A DNA stretch of 34,374 nt from an uncultured Clostridia bacterium (GTDB taxonomy: Bacteria > Bacillota > Clostridia > Oscillospirales > CAG-272): assembly GCA_946618395.1 (NCBI GenBank), contig CAMOLD010000002.1, forward strand, positions 1 to 34,374. Reading direction: 5' to 3'. Position 1 is the stretch's first letter. Each line of letters starts with the position of its first letter. Below the pieces are notes generated by a model, which was not told the DNA's origin, ran no database searches, and worked only from the letters and a program-made list of their open reading frames with translations. Shown in pieces: positions 14,695-23,415 of the stretch. The position numbers and the translations under genes are program-made.

Positions 14695-15900
14695 ATGGCA
14701 AAGGCTACATTTGAACGCACCAAACCGCACGTAAACATTGGCACCATCGGTCACGTTGACCATGGTAAAACCACCCTGACCGCCGCGATCACCAAGACCC
14801 TGGCGCTCAAAAACGGAAACGTTGAATTCCTGGCTTATGACCAGATCGACAACGCTCCCGAAGAAAAAGCAAGAGGTATCACAATCAACACCAGACACGT
14901 TGAGTATGAGACCGAGAAACGCCACTATGCACACGTTGACTGCCCCGGCCACGCTGACTATGTTAAAAACATGATCACCGGTGCCGCACAGATGGACGGC
15001 GCTATCCTGGTTGTTGCAGGAACCGACGGCCCTCTGCAGCAGACCCGCGAGCACGTTCTGCTCGCTCGTCAGGTCGGCGTTCCTGCCATCGTCGTGTTCC
15101 TGAACAAGACCGACTTGGTTGACGACCCCGAACTGCTTGACTTGGTTGAAATGGAAGTTCGCGATCTGCTTTCTTCCTATGACTTCCCGGGCGACGATAT
15201 TCCGATCATCCGCGGCTCCGCTCGCGATGCTCTGGAATCCACCAACACCGATCCGAACGCTCCCGAGTACAAGTGCATTTGGGAACTGATGGATGCTGTT
15301 GACAGCTATATCCCCACTCCCGAGCGTCAGTCCGATCTGCCCTTCCTGATGCCTGTTGAGGACGTGTTCTCCATTTCCGGTCGTGGCACCGTTGCTACCG
15401 GTCGTGTTGAGCGCGGAACCGTTAAGGTATCTGACGTGGTTGAAATCGTTGGTCTGTCCGAAGAGAAGAAGCAGACCACCGTTACCGGTGTTGAAATGTT
15501 CCACAAACTCCTGCCGCAGGCAGAAGCTGGTGATAACATCGGCGCTCTGCTCCGTGGTATCGCAAAGGACGAGATCGAAAGAGGTCAGGTTCTTGCAAAA
15601 CCCGGTTCGGTTCATCCGCACACCAAGTTTGTTGGACACGTTTACGTTCTGACCGAGAAAGAAGGCGGCCGTAAAAAGCCCTTCTTCGCTGGCTACCGTC
15701 CGCAGTTCTATTTCAGAACCACCGACGTTACCGGCACCATCGAACTGCCTGCCGGCGTTGAGATGTGCCGTCCCGGCGACAACGTAGATATGACCGTTGA
15801 ACTCATCACCCCCATCGCTTGCGAAGAGGGTCTGCGCTTCGCTATTCGTGAAGGCGGCAGAACGGTTGGATCCGGCGTCGTTTCCAAGATCATTAAATAA
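14695..15900 (+). CDS. tuf: Elongation factor Tu
   Basis: [17 protein letters not shown] and NKTD motifs. 401 aa, with GGAGG RBS. Confidence 0.98.
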   Translation: MAKATFERTKPHVNIGTIGHVDHGKTTLTAAITKTLALKNGNVEFLAYDQIDNAPEEKARGITINTRHVEYETEKRHYAHVDCPGHADYVKNMITGAAQMDGAILVVAGTDGPLQQTREHVLLARQVGVPAIVVFLNKTDLVDDPELLDLVEMEVRDLLSSYDFPGDDIPIIRGSARDALESTNTDPNAPEYKCIWELMDAVDSYIPTPERQSDLPFLMPVEDVFSISGRGTVATGRVERGTVKVSDVVEIVGLSEEKKQTTVTGVEMFHKLLPQAEAGDNIGALLRGIAKDEIERGQVLAKPGSVHPHTKFVGHVYVLTEKEGGRKKPFFAGYRPQFYFRTTDVTGTIELPAGVEMCRPGDNVDMTVELITPIACEEGLRFAIREGGRTVGSGVVSKIIK

Positions 15901-15925
15901 TCTCGGAAAAAAACCGAAAACAACA

Positions 15926-15951
15926 GGGACGGGGGAGAAATCCCCCGTCCC
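15926..15951 (+). terminator. Strong stem-loop after tuf, an atypical terminator with no downstream T-tract on the + strand
   Basis: 11-bp perfect stem GGGACGGGGGA / TCCCCCGTCCC with a GAAA loop. It is flanked by A-runs on both sides on the + strand. Confidence 0.4.
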
Positions 15952-15974
15952 AAAAAACAAAATAACAGTTCAAA

Positions 15975-16108
15975 AATTCTTTGGGGAATGGTGTAATTCC
16001 ATACCGGCAGTATAGTCTGCGAACGCAAATTCGGAAAATGCCGAATTGCGCCGATCGGGTGCAACTCCCGAACCGACGGTAACAGTCCGGATGAGAAAAG
16101 AAAGAACA
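15975..16108 (+). promoter_or_regulatory. FMN riboswitch (RFN element) aptamer
   Basis: Conserved RFN blocks are present: TTCTTTGGGG..GGTGTAATTCCATACCGGCAGTATAGTCTGCGA..GATCGGGTGCAACTCCCGAACCGACGGTAACAGTCCGGATGAGAAAAGAA. It lies directly upstream of a RibU-type transporter gene. Confidence 0.88.
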
Positions 16109-16203
16109 AACGACCGCAGTTTGCGCCCCGGGGCTATTTTTGCCGCGGGACTTTTCTTTTCTCCAATTCAAATCAAAAATTGATTTCAATTAGGAGATTT
16201 TCT

Positions 16204-16887
16204 ATGGTAAACACGAATGAATTGCAAAAAGCGCGCCTGCTCCGCTTGGTTGGCGTGGCGCTCTTTACGGCTTTGGCGTATGTTGTCATGCTGCTCATTC
16301 ATTTCCCGGTGTCGTTTTTGACGCTGGATTTGAAGGACGCGATCATTGCGCTTTGCGGGCTTTGCTTTGGCCCGATCTCGGCGCTTGTCTCTTCGGTCAT
16401 CGTTGCCCTTTTGGAAATGGTGACCGTTAGCACCACCGGGATTTACGGATTTGTGATGAATGTGCTGGGAACGGCGGCGTTCTCGGTAACGGTCAGCTTG
16501 ATTTACAAGTATAAAAAGAACTTTTTGGGCGCCGTCATTGGGTTGCTTTCGGGCGTTTTTGCCGTTACGGCGGTGATGATGATTTTCAATCTGATTGTCA
16601 CACCTCGCTATATGCACGTGGAAGTTGCGCAGGTGGCAAACATGATTCCAACGCTATTGTTGCCCTTCAACCTGGTCAAGGCAACCTTTAACGCCGCGGT
16701 GGTATTGCTTTTGTATAAGCCAATCTCTACTGTTTTGCAAAAAACTGGCTTTCTGCCAAAATCCAAAGCCGCGCTCAAACTGGACCGCAGAACCATTCTG
16801 GTCAGCGTTGCGGCGGTGGTGTTGATTGCCGTTTCGCTGGTGATCGTTTTCCGCGTTTTGCACGGCTCATTCCGCTTTGGCGTGTAA
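16204..16887 (+). CDS. ribU: Riboflavin transporter RibU-like ECF S-component
   Basis: Multi-TM protein downstream of the FMN riboswitch, with RibU-like LDLKD and LPFNLVKA segments. ATG 16204 has AGGAG 7 nt upstream. The ORF-track start 16180 is a TTG inside the leader. Confidence 0.8.
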   Translation: MVNTNELQKARLLRLVGVALFTALAYVVMLLIHFPVSFLTLDLKDAIIALCGLCFGPISALVSSVIVALLEMVTVSTTGIYGFVMNVLGTAAFSVTVSLIYKYKKNFLGAVIGLLSGVFAVTAVMMIFNLIVTPRYMHVEVAQVANMIPTLLLPFNLVKATFNAAVVLLLYKPISTVLQKTGFLPKSKAALKLDRRTILVSVAAVVLIAVSLVIVFRVLHGSFRFGV

Positions 16888-16895
16888 ATCAAATA

Positions 16896-16921
16896 AAAAA
16901 CGGGGGAAACCCCGTTTTTTA
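16896..16921 (+). terminator. Intrinsic terminator after ribU
   Basis: AAAACGGGG-GAAA-CCCCGTTTT followed by a T-run. Confidence 0.8.
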
Positions 16922-16950
16922 TTGACAAACCGCATTTGTTTTTGTATAAT
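16922..16950 (+). promoter_or_regulatory. sigma-A-type promoter
   Basis: TTGACA (16922-16927), 17-nt spacer, TG-TATAAT (16943-16950). Confidence 0.7.
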
Positions 16951-16984
16951 AAAGGAAAGAAACGAAACGAGAGGAGCCGAAAGA

Positions 16985-17476
16985 ATGCGCGAGGCGATTG
17001 CCGATTTCTTTTTGAATAAAGTCGGGCGCGAGCTCTGCGTCTTTTTCTGCTCGCTCATCCCGGTCATCGAGTGCCGCGGCGCCGTTCCGCTGGGGTGCGC
17101 TTTGGGGCTCCCGTGGTGGCAGACCTTTCTTTTGGCCGTTGCCGGAAACCTGTTGCCGGTGCCGTTCATCCTTTGGTTGATCCGCGCCATCCTCAAAGGG
17201 ATGACAAACAGCCGCGTCAAGTTGTTCAACCGCATTGCCGGCTGGCTGAACCGCAAAGTGGAAAAGCACAAAGGAAAAATCGAAAAGTATTCCTATTGGG
17301 GCGTGGTGCTGTTTGTGGCAATTCCCATTCCGGGCACCGGCGCCTGGACAGGCTCGCTGATTGCCGGCGTTTTGAAGCTGGATTTCAAAAAATCCCTGCT
17401 GGCGGCAACGCTGGGCGTTTTGATTGCCACAACCATTATGACCATTCTTTCCTACGCCATCAAAGCGGTGGTATAA
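16985..17476 (+). CDS. Small membrane protein, COG2426 / putative small multidrug export family (Sm_multidrug_ex-like)
   Basis: IPVIECRGAVPLG..LLAVAGNLLPVPFILWLIR resembles this family as I remember it. ATG 16985 has GAGGAG upstream. The longer ORF from 16877 overlaps the terminator and promoter. Confidence 0.6.
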   Translation: MREAIADFFLNKVGRELCVFFCSLIPVIECRGAVPLGCALGLPWWQTFLLAVAGNLLPVPFILWLIRAILKGMTNSRVKLFNRIAGWLNRKVEKHKGKIEKYSYWGVVLFVAIPIPGTGAWTGSLIAGVLKLDFKKSLLAATLGVLIATTIMTILSYAIKAVV

Positions 17477-17477
17477 A

Positions 17478-17518
17478 CAAAACCGGGATTTGAACTCTTC
17501 AAATCCCGGTTTTCTTTT
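17478..17518. terminator. Bidirectional terminator between 16985-17476 (+) and sdaA (-)
   Basis: 14-bp stem AAACCGGGATTTGA / TCAAATCCCGGTTT (17480-17512), with an A-run on the 5' side and a T-run on the 3' side. Confidence 0.8.
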
Positions 17519-18734
17519 ATTCTTCTATCTTTTCAATGGGGTAGTATTTTGCAAGACCGCCGGTAGAGGTCTCTTTATAGCCCAGCGGCAGGTCCATGCC
17601 GGTATTATACATGGTTTTTACAATCAAATCAAAGCTGATTTTTCGCGAGTCGGCAAGAAAGTTGGCAATGGAAAGCGCGTTGATGGCGCGCATTGCCGCA
17701 ACGGCGTTGCGCTCAATGCAGGGGATTTGCACCAGCCCGCCAATCGGGTCGCAGGTCAAGCCCAAATGGTGTTCCATGGCAACCTCGGCGGCGTAATCCA
17801 TTTGGTCAAAGCCCATTTCAAACAGCTCGGCAAGGGCAACCGCCGCCATGGAGCAAGCGGAGCCGATTTCCGCCTGGCAGCCGCATTCCGCGCCGCTGAT
17901 GGAGGCGTTCGTTTTGATCACGTTGCCGGCAATGCCCGCGCTGGCGAGCGCATGAACAATTTGCAAATCGGAAAATCCGCGTGCCTCCTGCATATAGCGG
18001 AGCACGGCGGGAACAACGCCCGAAGCGCCACAGGTGGGAGAGGTGACAATCACGCCGCCGGCGGCATTCTCCTCGCCAACGGCAAAGGCGTAGGCGGAAA
18101 CCAGGCGGTTCTCTTTGGTTTGCGGCGATTCGTCAATGTGCCGCCCCTGGTAAATAATTCTTGCGCGCCGCTGGGTGCCAAGTCCGCCGGGCAGAATGCC
18201 GCGCGCGGTAATGCCGCGGTTGATGGCGGCTTTCATCGTTTCCCAAACTTCGGCAAGAAAGTCTAAAATTTCAGGCCCTTCTTTTTCCACCACGTATTGC
18301 CAAAGCCGGATGTTTCGGCGCGCGCATTCGGATGTAATCTCGGCAAAGGTGGAAAGGTCATAAATGTCCGGCGCAACTGCTGCGGGCTGTTCGCCGTCCC
18401 AGACGATGGCGCCGCCGCCCACGCTCCAAACGCGCTTTTTGCAAAGCGTTTTTTCGCCGGCAAACAGAGTAATATCCATCATGTTCGGATGGCGGACGGT
18501 GGGCGTTTCGCGGTCAAAAATCACCTCGCCGGCAAGGGGCTCCAAGGTTTCCCGAATCACGCGGTCGGTGCCGTGCCCGGAGCCGGTCATGGCAAGCGAA
18601 CCGTATAAAACGACCTGGTATCGGTCGGCGTTCGGAAAGCGCTCCTTGATTTGTTTGCAAGCCCGTTCTGGTCCCATGGTATGGGAGCTGGAAGGTCCGC
18701 GCCCGATGCGGTAAATTTCACGAATGGATTGCAT
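17517..18734 (-). CDS. sdaA: L-serine dehydratase (iron-sulfur dependent, fused beta+alpha type)
   Basis: N-terminal IGRGPSSSHTMGP and central SGAECGCQAEIGSACSMAA motifs typical of L-serine ammonia-lyase. GAAAGGA RBS. Confidence 0.85.
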   Translation of the reverse strand: MQSIREIYRIGRGPSSSHTMGPERACKQIKERFPNADRYQVVLYGSLAMTGSGHGTDRVIRETLEPLAGEVIFDRETPTVRHPNMMDITLFAGEKTLCKKRVWSVGGGAIVWDGEQPAAVAPDIYDLSTFAEITSECARRNIRLWQYVVEKEGPEILDFLAEVWETMKAAINRGITARGILPGGLGTQRRARIIYQGRHIDESPQTKENRLVSAYAFAVGEENAAGGVIVTSPTCGASGVVPAVLRYMQEARGFSDLQIVHALASAGIAGNVIKTNASISGAECGCQAEIGSACSMAAVALAELFEMGFDQMDYAAEVAMEHHLGLTCDPIGGLVQIPCIERNAVAAMRAINALSIANFLADSRKISFDLIVKTMYNTGMDLPLGYKETSTGGLAKYYPIEKIEE

Positions 18735-18779
18735 GGCAAAAATCCTTTCCCAAAGGTTTTTTGATGGATTTACACGTTT

Positions 18780-18808
18780 ATTCTATCATTCTTTCGCTTT
18801 TTCGTCAA
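18780..18808 (-). promoter_or_regulatory. sigma-A-type promoter of sdaA
   Basis: Minus strand reads TTGACG (18808-18803), 17-nt spacer, TGa-TAGAAT (18785-18780). Confidence 0.6.
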
Positions 18809-18855
18809 GCTTTTTTCGGGAAAATATAAAAAGCGGATAAAAATTTTCAAACCCC

Positions 18856-18884
18856 TTGCAATTTTTTTCTTTCTATGTTATAAT
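18856..18884 (+). promoter_or_regulatory. sigma-A-type promoter of the SAM riboswitch/metK unit
   Basis: TTGCAA (18856-18861), 17-nt spacer, TGt-TATAAT (18876-18884). Confidence 0.7.
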
Positions 18885-18902
18885 ATAGCAGTAAATTGAA
18901 TC

Positions 18903-18991
18903 ATTCTTATCAAGAGTAACGGAGTGACCGGCACGATGATGTTACAGCAACCTGCCCGCGCGGTAAGGTGCTAAATCCGAGGAGATGAGAG
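18903..18991 (+). promoter_or_regulatory. SAM-I riboswitch (S-box) aptamer
   Basis: TTCTTATCAAGAG..GGAG.GAC.GGC.CGATGA..CAGCAACC..GGTGCTAAATCC..GATGAGAG matches the S-box consensus. The P1 helix is TTCTTATC/GATGAGAG. Confidence 0.9.
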
Positions 18992-18992
18992 C

Positions 18993-19022
18993 AAAAAGGC
19001 TCCGTCTGCGGAGCCTTTTTTA
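18993..19022 (+). terminator. Riboswitch-controlled intrinsic terminator
   Basis: GGCTCCG-TCTG-CGGAGCC (18998-19015) followed by T7. Confidence 0.85.
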
Positions 19023-19097
19023 TGTCCGAAAACAGGAAAGAATGATCCATGCCCGAGCCGCTTTTGCGGACGGGAAAAAGGAAGGTGTAAAAAATAC

Positions 19098-20282
19098 ATG
19101 AAAACAAAACTTTTTACCAGCGAATCGGTTACCGAGGGGCATCCCGATAAGATTTGCGACAAGATCTCGGACGCGATCCTGGACGAAATGCTCCGCCAGG
19201 ACCCCATGTCCCGCGTTGCCTGCGAGACCTTCGTTACTACGGGAATGGTTTGCGTGATGGGGGAAGTGACCACACACGCTGACGTGGACATTCAGGCGGT
19301 GGTGCGCGAAACCATCCGCGGCATTGGCTACGACCGCGCCAAATACGGCTTTGACTGCGATAGTTGCGCCGTCATCACCTCGCTGCACGAGCAGTCGGCG
19401 GATATCGCTTTGGGCGTGGACAAATCGCTGGAAGCCAAGAACGGCGAGAGTGACGGGATGGACACCGGCGCGGGCGACCAAGGGCTGATGTTTGGCTACG
19501 CCTGCAACGAAACGCCGGAGCTGATGCCCCTGCCCATCTCGCTGGCGCACCGTCTTGCCAAACGGCTGACCGAAGTGCGCAAAAACGGCACGCTCTCCTA
19601 TCTGCGGCCGGACGGCAAAACGCAGGTGACTATTGAATACGACGAAAACAATACCCCCCTGCGCGTGGACACCATTGTCATTTCCTCCCAGCATAGCGAC
19701 AAAGTGGACCTTGCCACCATTCGCGAGGATATCATTCGCGAGGTGATTGCCCCCGTCATTCCCAAAGAGATGATGGACGAGAAAACCAAAATTTTCGTCA
19801 ACCCCACCGGGCGGTTCGTCATCGGCGGACCTGCCGGCGACACCGGCTTGACCGGCAGAAAGATTATTGTTGACACTTACGGCGGCTATGCGCGCCACGG
19901 CGGCGGCGCTTTCTCGGGCAAAGACCCGACCAAGGTGGACCGTTCGGCTTGCTATGCCGCGCGTTACATCGCCAAAAACGTGGTCAAGGCCGGGCTTGCC
20001 GACCGTTGCGAGGTGCAGGTTGCGTATGCCATTGGCGTTGCCAAGCCGGTTTCCTTGCGCATTGACACCTTTGGAACGGCGACTGTGCCCGAAGAGAAAA
20101 TCGAAAAAGCCGTTTCGGCTTTGGTGGATCTGCGCCCGGCGGCAATCATTCAAAAATTCGATTTGCGCCGCCCGATTTATTGCGATCTTGCCGCTTACGG
20201 ACACATGGGGCGCGAGGATTTGAACGCGCCTTGGGAGAGTTGCGACCTTGTGGAATCGCTCCAAAAGGCGGTTCGCGCATAA
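19098..20282 (+). CDS. metK: S-adenosylmethionine synthetase
   Basis: [28 protein letters not shown] and [16 protein letters not shown] motifs. 394 aa. Confidence 0.97.
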   Translation: MKTKLFTSESVTEGHPDKICDKISDAILDEMLRQDPMSRVACETFVTTGMVCVMGEVTTHADVDIQAVVRETIRGIGYDRAKYGFDCDSCAVITSLHEQSADIALGVDKSLEAKNGESDGMDTGAGDQGLMFGYACNETPELMPLPISLAHRLAKRLTEVRKNGTLSYLRPDGKTQVTIEYDENNTPLRVDTIVISSQHSDKVDLATIREDIIREVIAPVIPKEMMDEKTKIFVNPTGRFVIGGPAGDTGLTGRKIIVDTYGGYARHGGGAFSGKDPTKVDRSACYAARYIAKNVVKAGLADRCEVQVAYAIGVAKPVSLRIDTFGTATVPEEKIEKAVSALVDLRPAAIIQKFDLRRPIYCDLAAYGHMGREDLNAPWESCDLVESLQKAVRA

Positions 20283-20326
20283 CAGGTGTAAAAATTACAA
20301 AAAACAGATAAAGGAGGGACGGAACA

Positions 20327-22585
20327 ATGCCATTGGACGAATCGTTTATGCAATCTCCGATTGACGAAAACGACGAAGCGGGCTTGCTCCGTCTTTTCGG
20401 TTCTGTGGAGCATGTCATTTACCAAAACGAGGAAAACGGATACAGCATTTGCGATTTTTCAACCGACCGCGGTGAACTTCTCACCATTGTTGGCACCATG
20501 CCGGAGGTTGGCGAGGGCGATTTGCTTGCCGTTTCCGGCAGGTGGGTGCACAATCCCAAATACGGCAGGCAATTCCGCGTGGAGTTTTGCGAAAAGAAGA
20601 TGCCTGTTGGCAGCGCGGCAATTTTGCGCTATCTTTCCTCCGGCGCCATTCACGGCATCGGCCCCAAAACCGCGCGCCGGATTGTGGACCTTTACGGTGA
20701 CGAAACCTTTGAGGTGATGGAGAATCACCCCGATTGGCTTGCCGAAATTCCGGGCATTACCCTCAAACGCGCCCGTGCCATTGCCGAGGATTTTCGCAAA
20801 AAAGCCGATATTCGCGCGGCAATGCTCTTCTTCCGCGATTTTTTCGGGCCGACCGCAACCGTCCGCATCTATAAAAAATGGGGCAGTGCCGCCATCGATC
20901 TGGCAAAGCGTAACCCCTACCGCCTTTGCGAGGAGATTGACGGCATCGGCTTTGAGCGCGCCGACCGCATGGCGCTCCAAATCGGGCTAAAAGCCGACTC
21001 CCCCGAGCGTTTGGAAAGCGGAATTTGCTACCTGCTCGGCGTGAACGCCCAGCAAAACGGTCATGTTTGCCTGCCGCGCGAGGTTGCCGAGGAGAACGCC
21101 GCGGCGCTTTTGGGCGTTTCCCGGGAGCAGGCAAAGCAGACGGTTGACAACCTGCTTGCCACCAAAAAACTGCACCGGGAAGTTTTCTCGGGGCAAACGT
21201 TTTTGTATTTGCCCAAACAATATGAGGCGGAAACGTATATTGCAAAAAAAATGATCCTTTTGGATCAAGTTTGCCCGGCAATGGACACCGCCAACATTGG
21301 CGCTATTTTGCACCGCGAGGAGGCCGAGAGCGGAATTGCATACGCTGCTTTGCAAAGAAAAGCCATCAAGGGGGCGCTGGAAAACGGCGTTTCGGTTCTG
21401 ACCGGTGGTCCCGGAACCGGCAAAACAACGGTTGTGCGCGCCCTGTTGCACATTTTTGAGGGCATGGGCGAGCGCCCTGTTTTAACGGCTCCCACCGGGC
21501 GCGCCGCCAAGCGGCTTTCGGAGGCGACCTCCTGCGAGGCAAAAACCATTCACCGCCTGTTGGAATACGGCGGCGAGGAGGGCGACCGCGCCGCATTCCG
21601 CCGCAACGAGAACGCGCTTTTGGAGGAAACCGTCATCATCGTTGACGAATCCTCCATGGTGGATAACGCTTTGCTGTGCGCGCTTCTCAAAGCCGTCAAA
21701 CCAGGTGCGCGGCTGATTTTGATTGGTGATAGCGACCAGCTTCCATCGGTTGGCGCCGGGAATATTTTGCACGATGTGATTGAAAGCAACCGCTTTTTCA
21801 CCGTCCGCCTGGATGAAATTTTTCGGCAGGCGCAAAAGAGCTTGATTGTTACCAACGCCCATGCCATCAACCGCGGCGAAATGCCGGATTTGACGGTTAA
21901 GAATAACGATTTCTTCTTCCTTCCCCGGTCAGATGACACGGCAATCGCCGCAACCGTTTCCGAGCTTTGCGCAACCAGGCTTCCCAAAACCTACGGGGAA
22001 ATGGGAACGGCGGGGGTTCAGGTCATCGCGCCCTCCCGCAAAGGCGAGGTCGGAACCGAAACGCTCAACCGCGTCTTACAGGAGGCGCTGAATCCTGCCG
22101 GAGAGGGAAAAGTGGAACACCGCTTTCGCGAAATCGTTTTCCGCGAGGGCGACCGTGTCATGCAAATTCGCAACAACTACGATCTGGAATGGACGCAGAA
22201 CAACGGCGTGGAAGGCACCGGCGTTTTCAACGGCGATATTGGAACTATTTTGGAAATCCGGGGGCACGATTCCTGCATGATCGTTCGCTTTGACGAGAAA
22301 ACCGTTCAATACGACCTGAACCTGCTGGAAGATTTGGAGCCCGCCTATGCCATTACCGTTCATAAAAGCCAGGGGAGTGAGTATCCCATTGTCATTATGC
22401 CGGTAGGCGACCGCACGCCGCCCATGCTCCTTTCGCGCAACCTGCTTTACACGGCGGTCACGCGCGCGCAAACCATGGTGATTTTGGTGGGCAGCGAGGC
22501 GGCAATTCGCCGCATGGTGGCAAACAACCGCCAAACCAAACGATATACAGGGCTTTCGCAATGGCTTCGGGGGACAGAGTTATGA
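20327..22585 (+). CDS. recD2: SF1B ATP-dependent RecD2-like DNA helicase
   Basis: 752 aa. Walker A GGPGTGKTT and DESSMVD (Walker B), with C-terminal YAITVHKSQGSEYP. N-terminal helix-hairpin-helix-like region IHGIGPKTARRI. AAGGAGGG RBS. Confidence 0.88.
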   Translation: MPLDESFMQSPIDENDEAGLLRLFGSVEHVIYQNEENGYSICDFSTDRGELLTIVGTMPEVGEGDLLAVSGRWVHNPKYGRQFRVEFCEKKMPVGSAAILRYLSSGAIHGIGPKTARRIVDLYGDETFEVMENHPDWLAEIPGITLKRARAIAEDFRKKADIRAAMLFFRDFFGPTATVRIYKKWGSAAIDLAKRNPYRLCEEIDGIGFERADRMALQIGLKADSPERLESGICYLLGVNAQQNGHVCLPREVAEENAAALLGVSREQAKQTVDNLLATKKLHREVFSGQTFLYLPKQYEAETYIAKKMILLDQVCPAMDTANIGAILHREEAESGIAYAALQRKAIKGALENGVSVLTGGPGTGKTTVVRALLHIFEGMGERPVLTAPTGRAAKRLSEATSCEAKTIHRLLEYGGEEGDRAAFRRNENALLEETVIIVDESSMVDNALLCALLKAVKPGARLILIGDSDQLPSVGAGNILHDVIESNRFFTVRLDEIFRQAQKSLIVTNAHAINRGEMPDLTVKNNDFFFLPRSDDTAIAATVSELCATRLPKTYGEMGTAGVQVIAPSRKGEVGTETLNRVLQEALNPAGEGKVEHRFREIVFREGDRVMQIRNNYDLEWTQNNGVEGTGVFNGDIGTILEIRGHDSCMIVRFDEKTVQYDLNLLEDLEPAYAITVHKSQGSEYPIVIMPVGDRTPPMLLSRNLLYTAVTRAQTMVILVGSEAAIRRMVANNRQTKRYTGLSQWLRGTEL

Positions 22586-23379
22586 GCCGTCTTGCCGATC
22601 TTCTGTTTCCCCCAAAATGCGCCTGTTGCGGCGAGCTGTTGGAGTTTAACGGCTTTTTCGGGAGCAAATCTGCCCAAAAAGACGCCCTTTGCCAAGCATG
22701 CCGCCTGGTTTGGGAAAAGGAAAAAGAAACGCAATGCAACCTTTGCGGCGAGAAAGTCGCCAACTGTGCGTGCTCTACCAGAATGATGAATTCGGCGGGG
22801 TGCCGGGTTCATTGCAAGCTGGTTTACTACCGCCCCGGGAACCGGGAAACTGTTGGCAACCGCGTCATTTACCGCATCAAGGACCATGCCGACCGCAGGA
22901 CCGTCCGCTTTTTGGCAGATGCGCTTGCGCCCGGCATTTTGGCAAATATGGAGCGGCAGGAATGGAAGGGAAAATCCTTTTTTATTTCCTGGTTGCCCCG
23001 GCGTTCCGGCGCAGTCCTCAAAAGCGGAACCGACCAGGCGAAGGAACTTGCCGTCCTGTTGGCAAAGCGGCTGGAGCTTCCGCTTCTCCCGCTGATCGGC
23101 AGGCGGCGCAAAAGTCAAACGCCGCAAAAGTTTTTAACGCCAACGGCGCGGCTTTCCAATGCAACAGGTGCGTTTTATTTGCGCGAAAAGCGGAAAGAGG
23201 AGGCCAAAGGAAAGGTTGCCGTTCTAGTGGATGACATTGTCACCAGCGGCGCCAGCATGACGGCAGGGGTTCGTCTTTTGCGCCGCGCGGGAGCCAAAGG
23301 CTTTTTGGCGGTCTCGGTCGCCAGCGACGAATGCAACCGGAACCCGGTGCTTCCTGCCTTTTCAAAGTCAGAAATATAA
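22582..23379 (+). CDS. comFC: ComF family protein (ComFC-like phosphoribosyltransferase-fold protein)
   Basis: N-terminal Cys clusters (PPKCACCGE; CNLCGEKVANCAC) and PRTase motif VLVDDIVTSGAS. ATG 22582 overlaps the recD2 stop as ATGA. Confidence 0.8.
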   Translation: MSRLADLLFPPKCACCGELLEFNGFFGSKSAQKDALCQACRLVWEKEKETQCNLCGEKVANCACSTRMMNSAGCRVHCKLVYYRPGNRETVGNRVIYRIKDHADRRTVRFLADALAPGILANMERQEWKGKSFFISWLPRRSGAVLKSGTDQAKELAVLLAKRLELPLLPLIGRRRKSQTPQKFLTPTARLSNATGAFYLREKRKEEAKGKVAVLVDDIVTSGASMTAGVRLLRRAGAKGFLAVSVASDECNRNPVLPAFSKSEI

Positions 23380-23415
23380 ATGATACCGCATTTTTTGAAG
23401 CAGAAAGGATGTTTT

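Noticed and set aside
12560-15960. 668-aa and 438-aa ORFs antisense to fusA and tuf
   Set aside because: Same codon-aligned shadow-frame explanation. The sense genes are unambiguous EF-G and EF-Tu.
16121-16137. GCCCCGGGGC plus TATTTTT as the FMN-riboswitch terminator
   Set aside because: The self-complementary 10-mer leaves no real loop (3-bp stem at best) and the T-run is short. It is not convincing as an intrinsic terminator.
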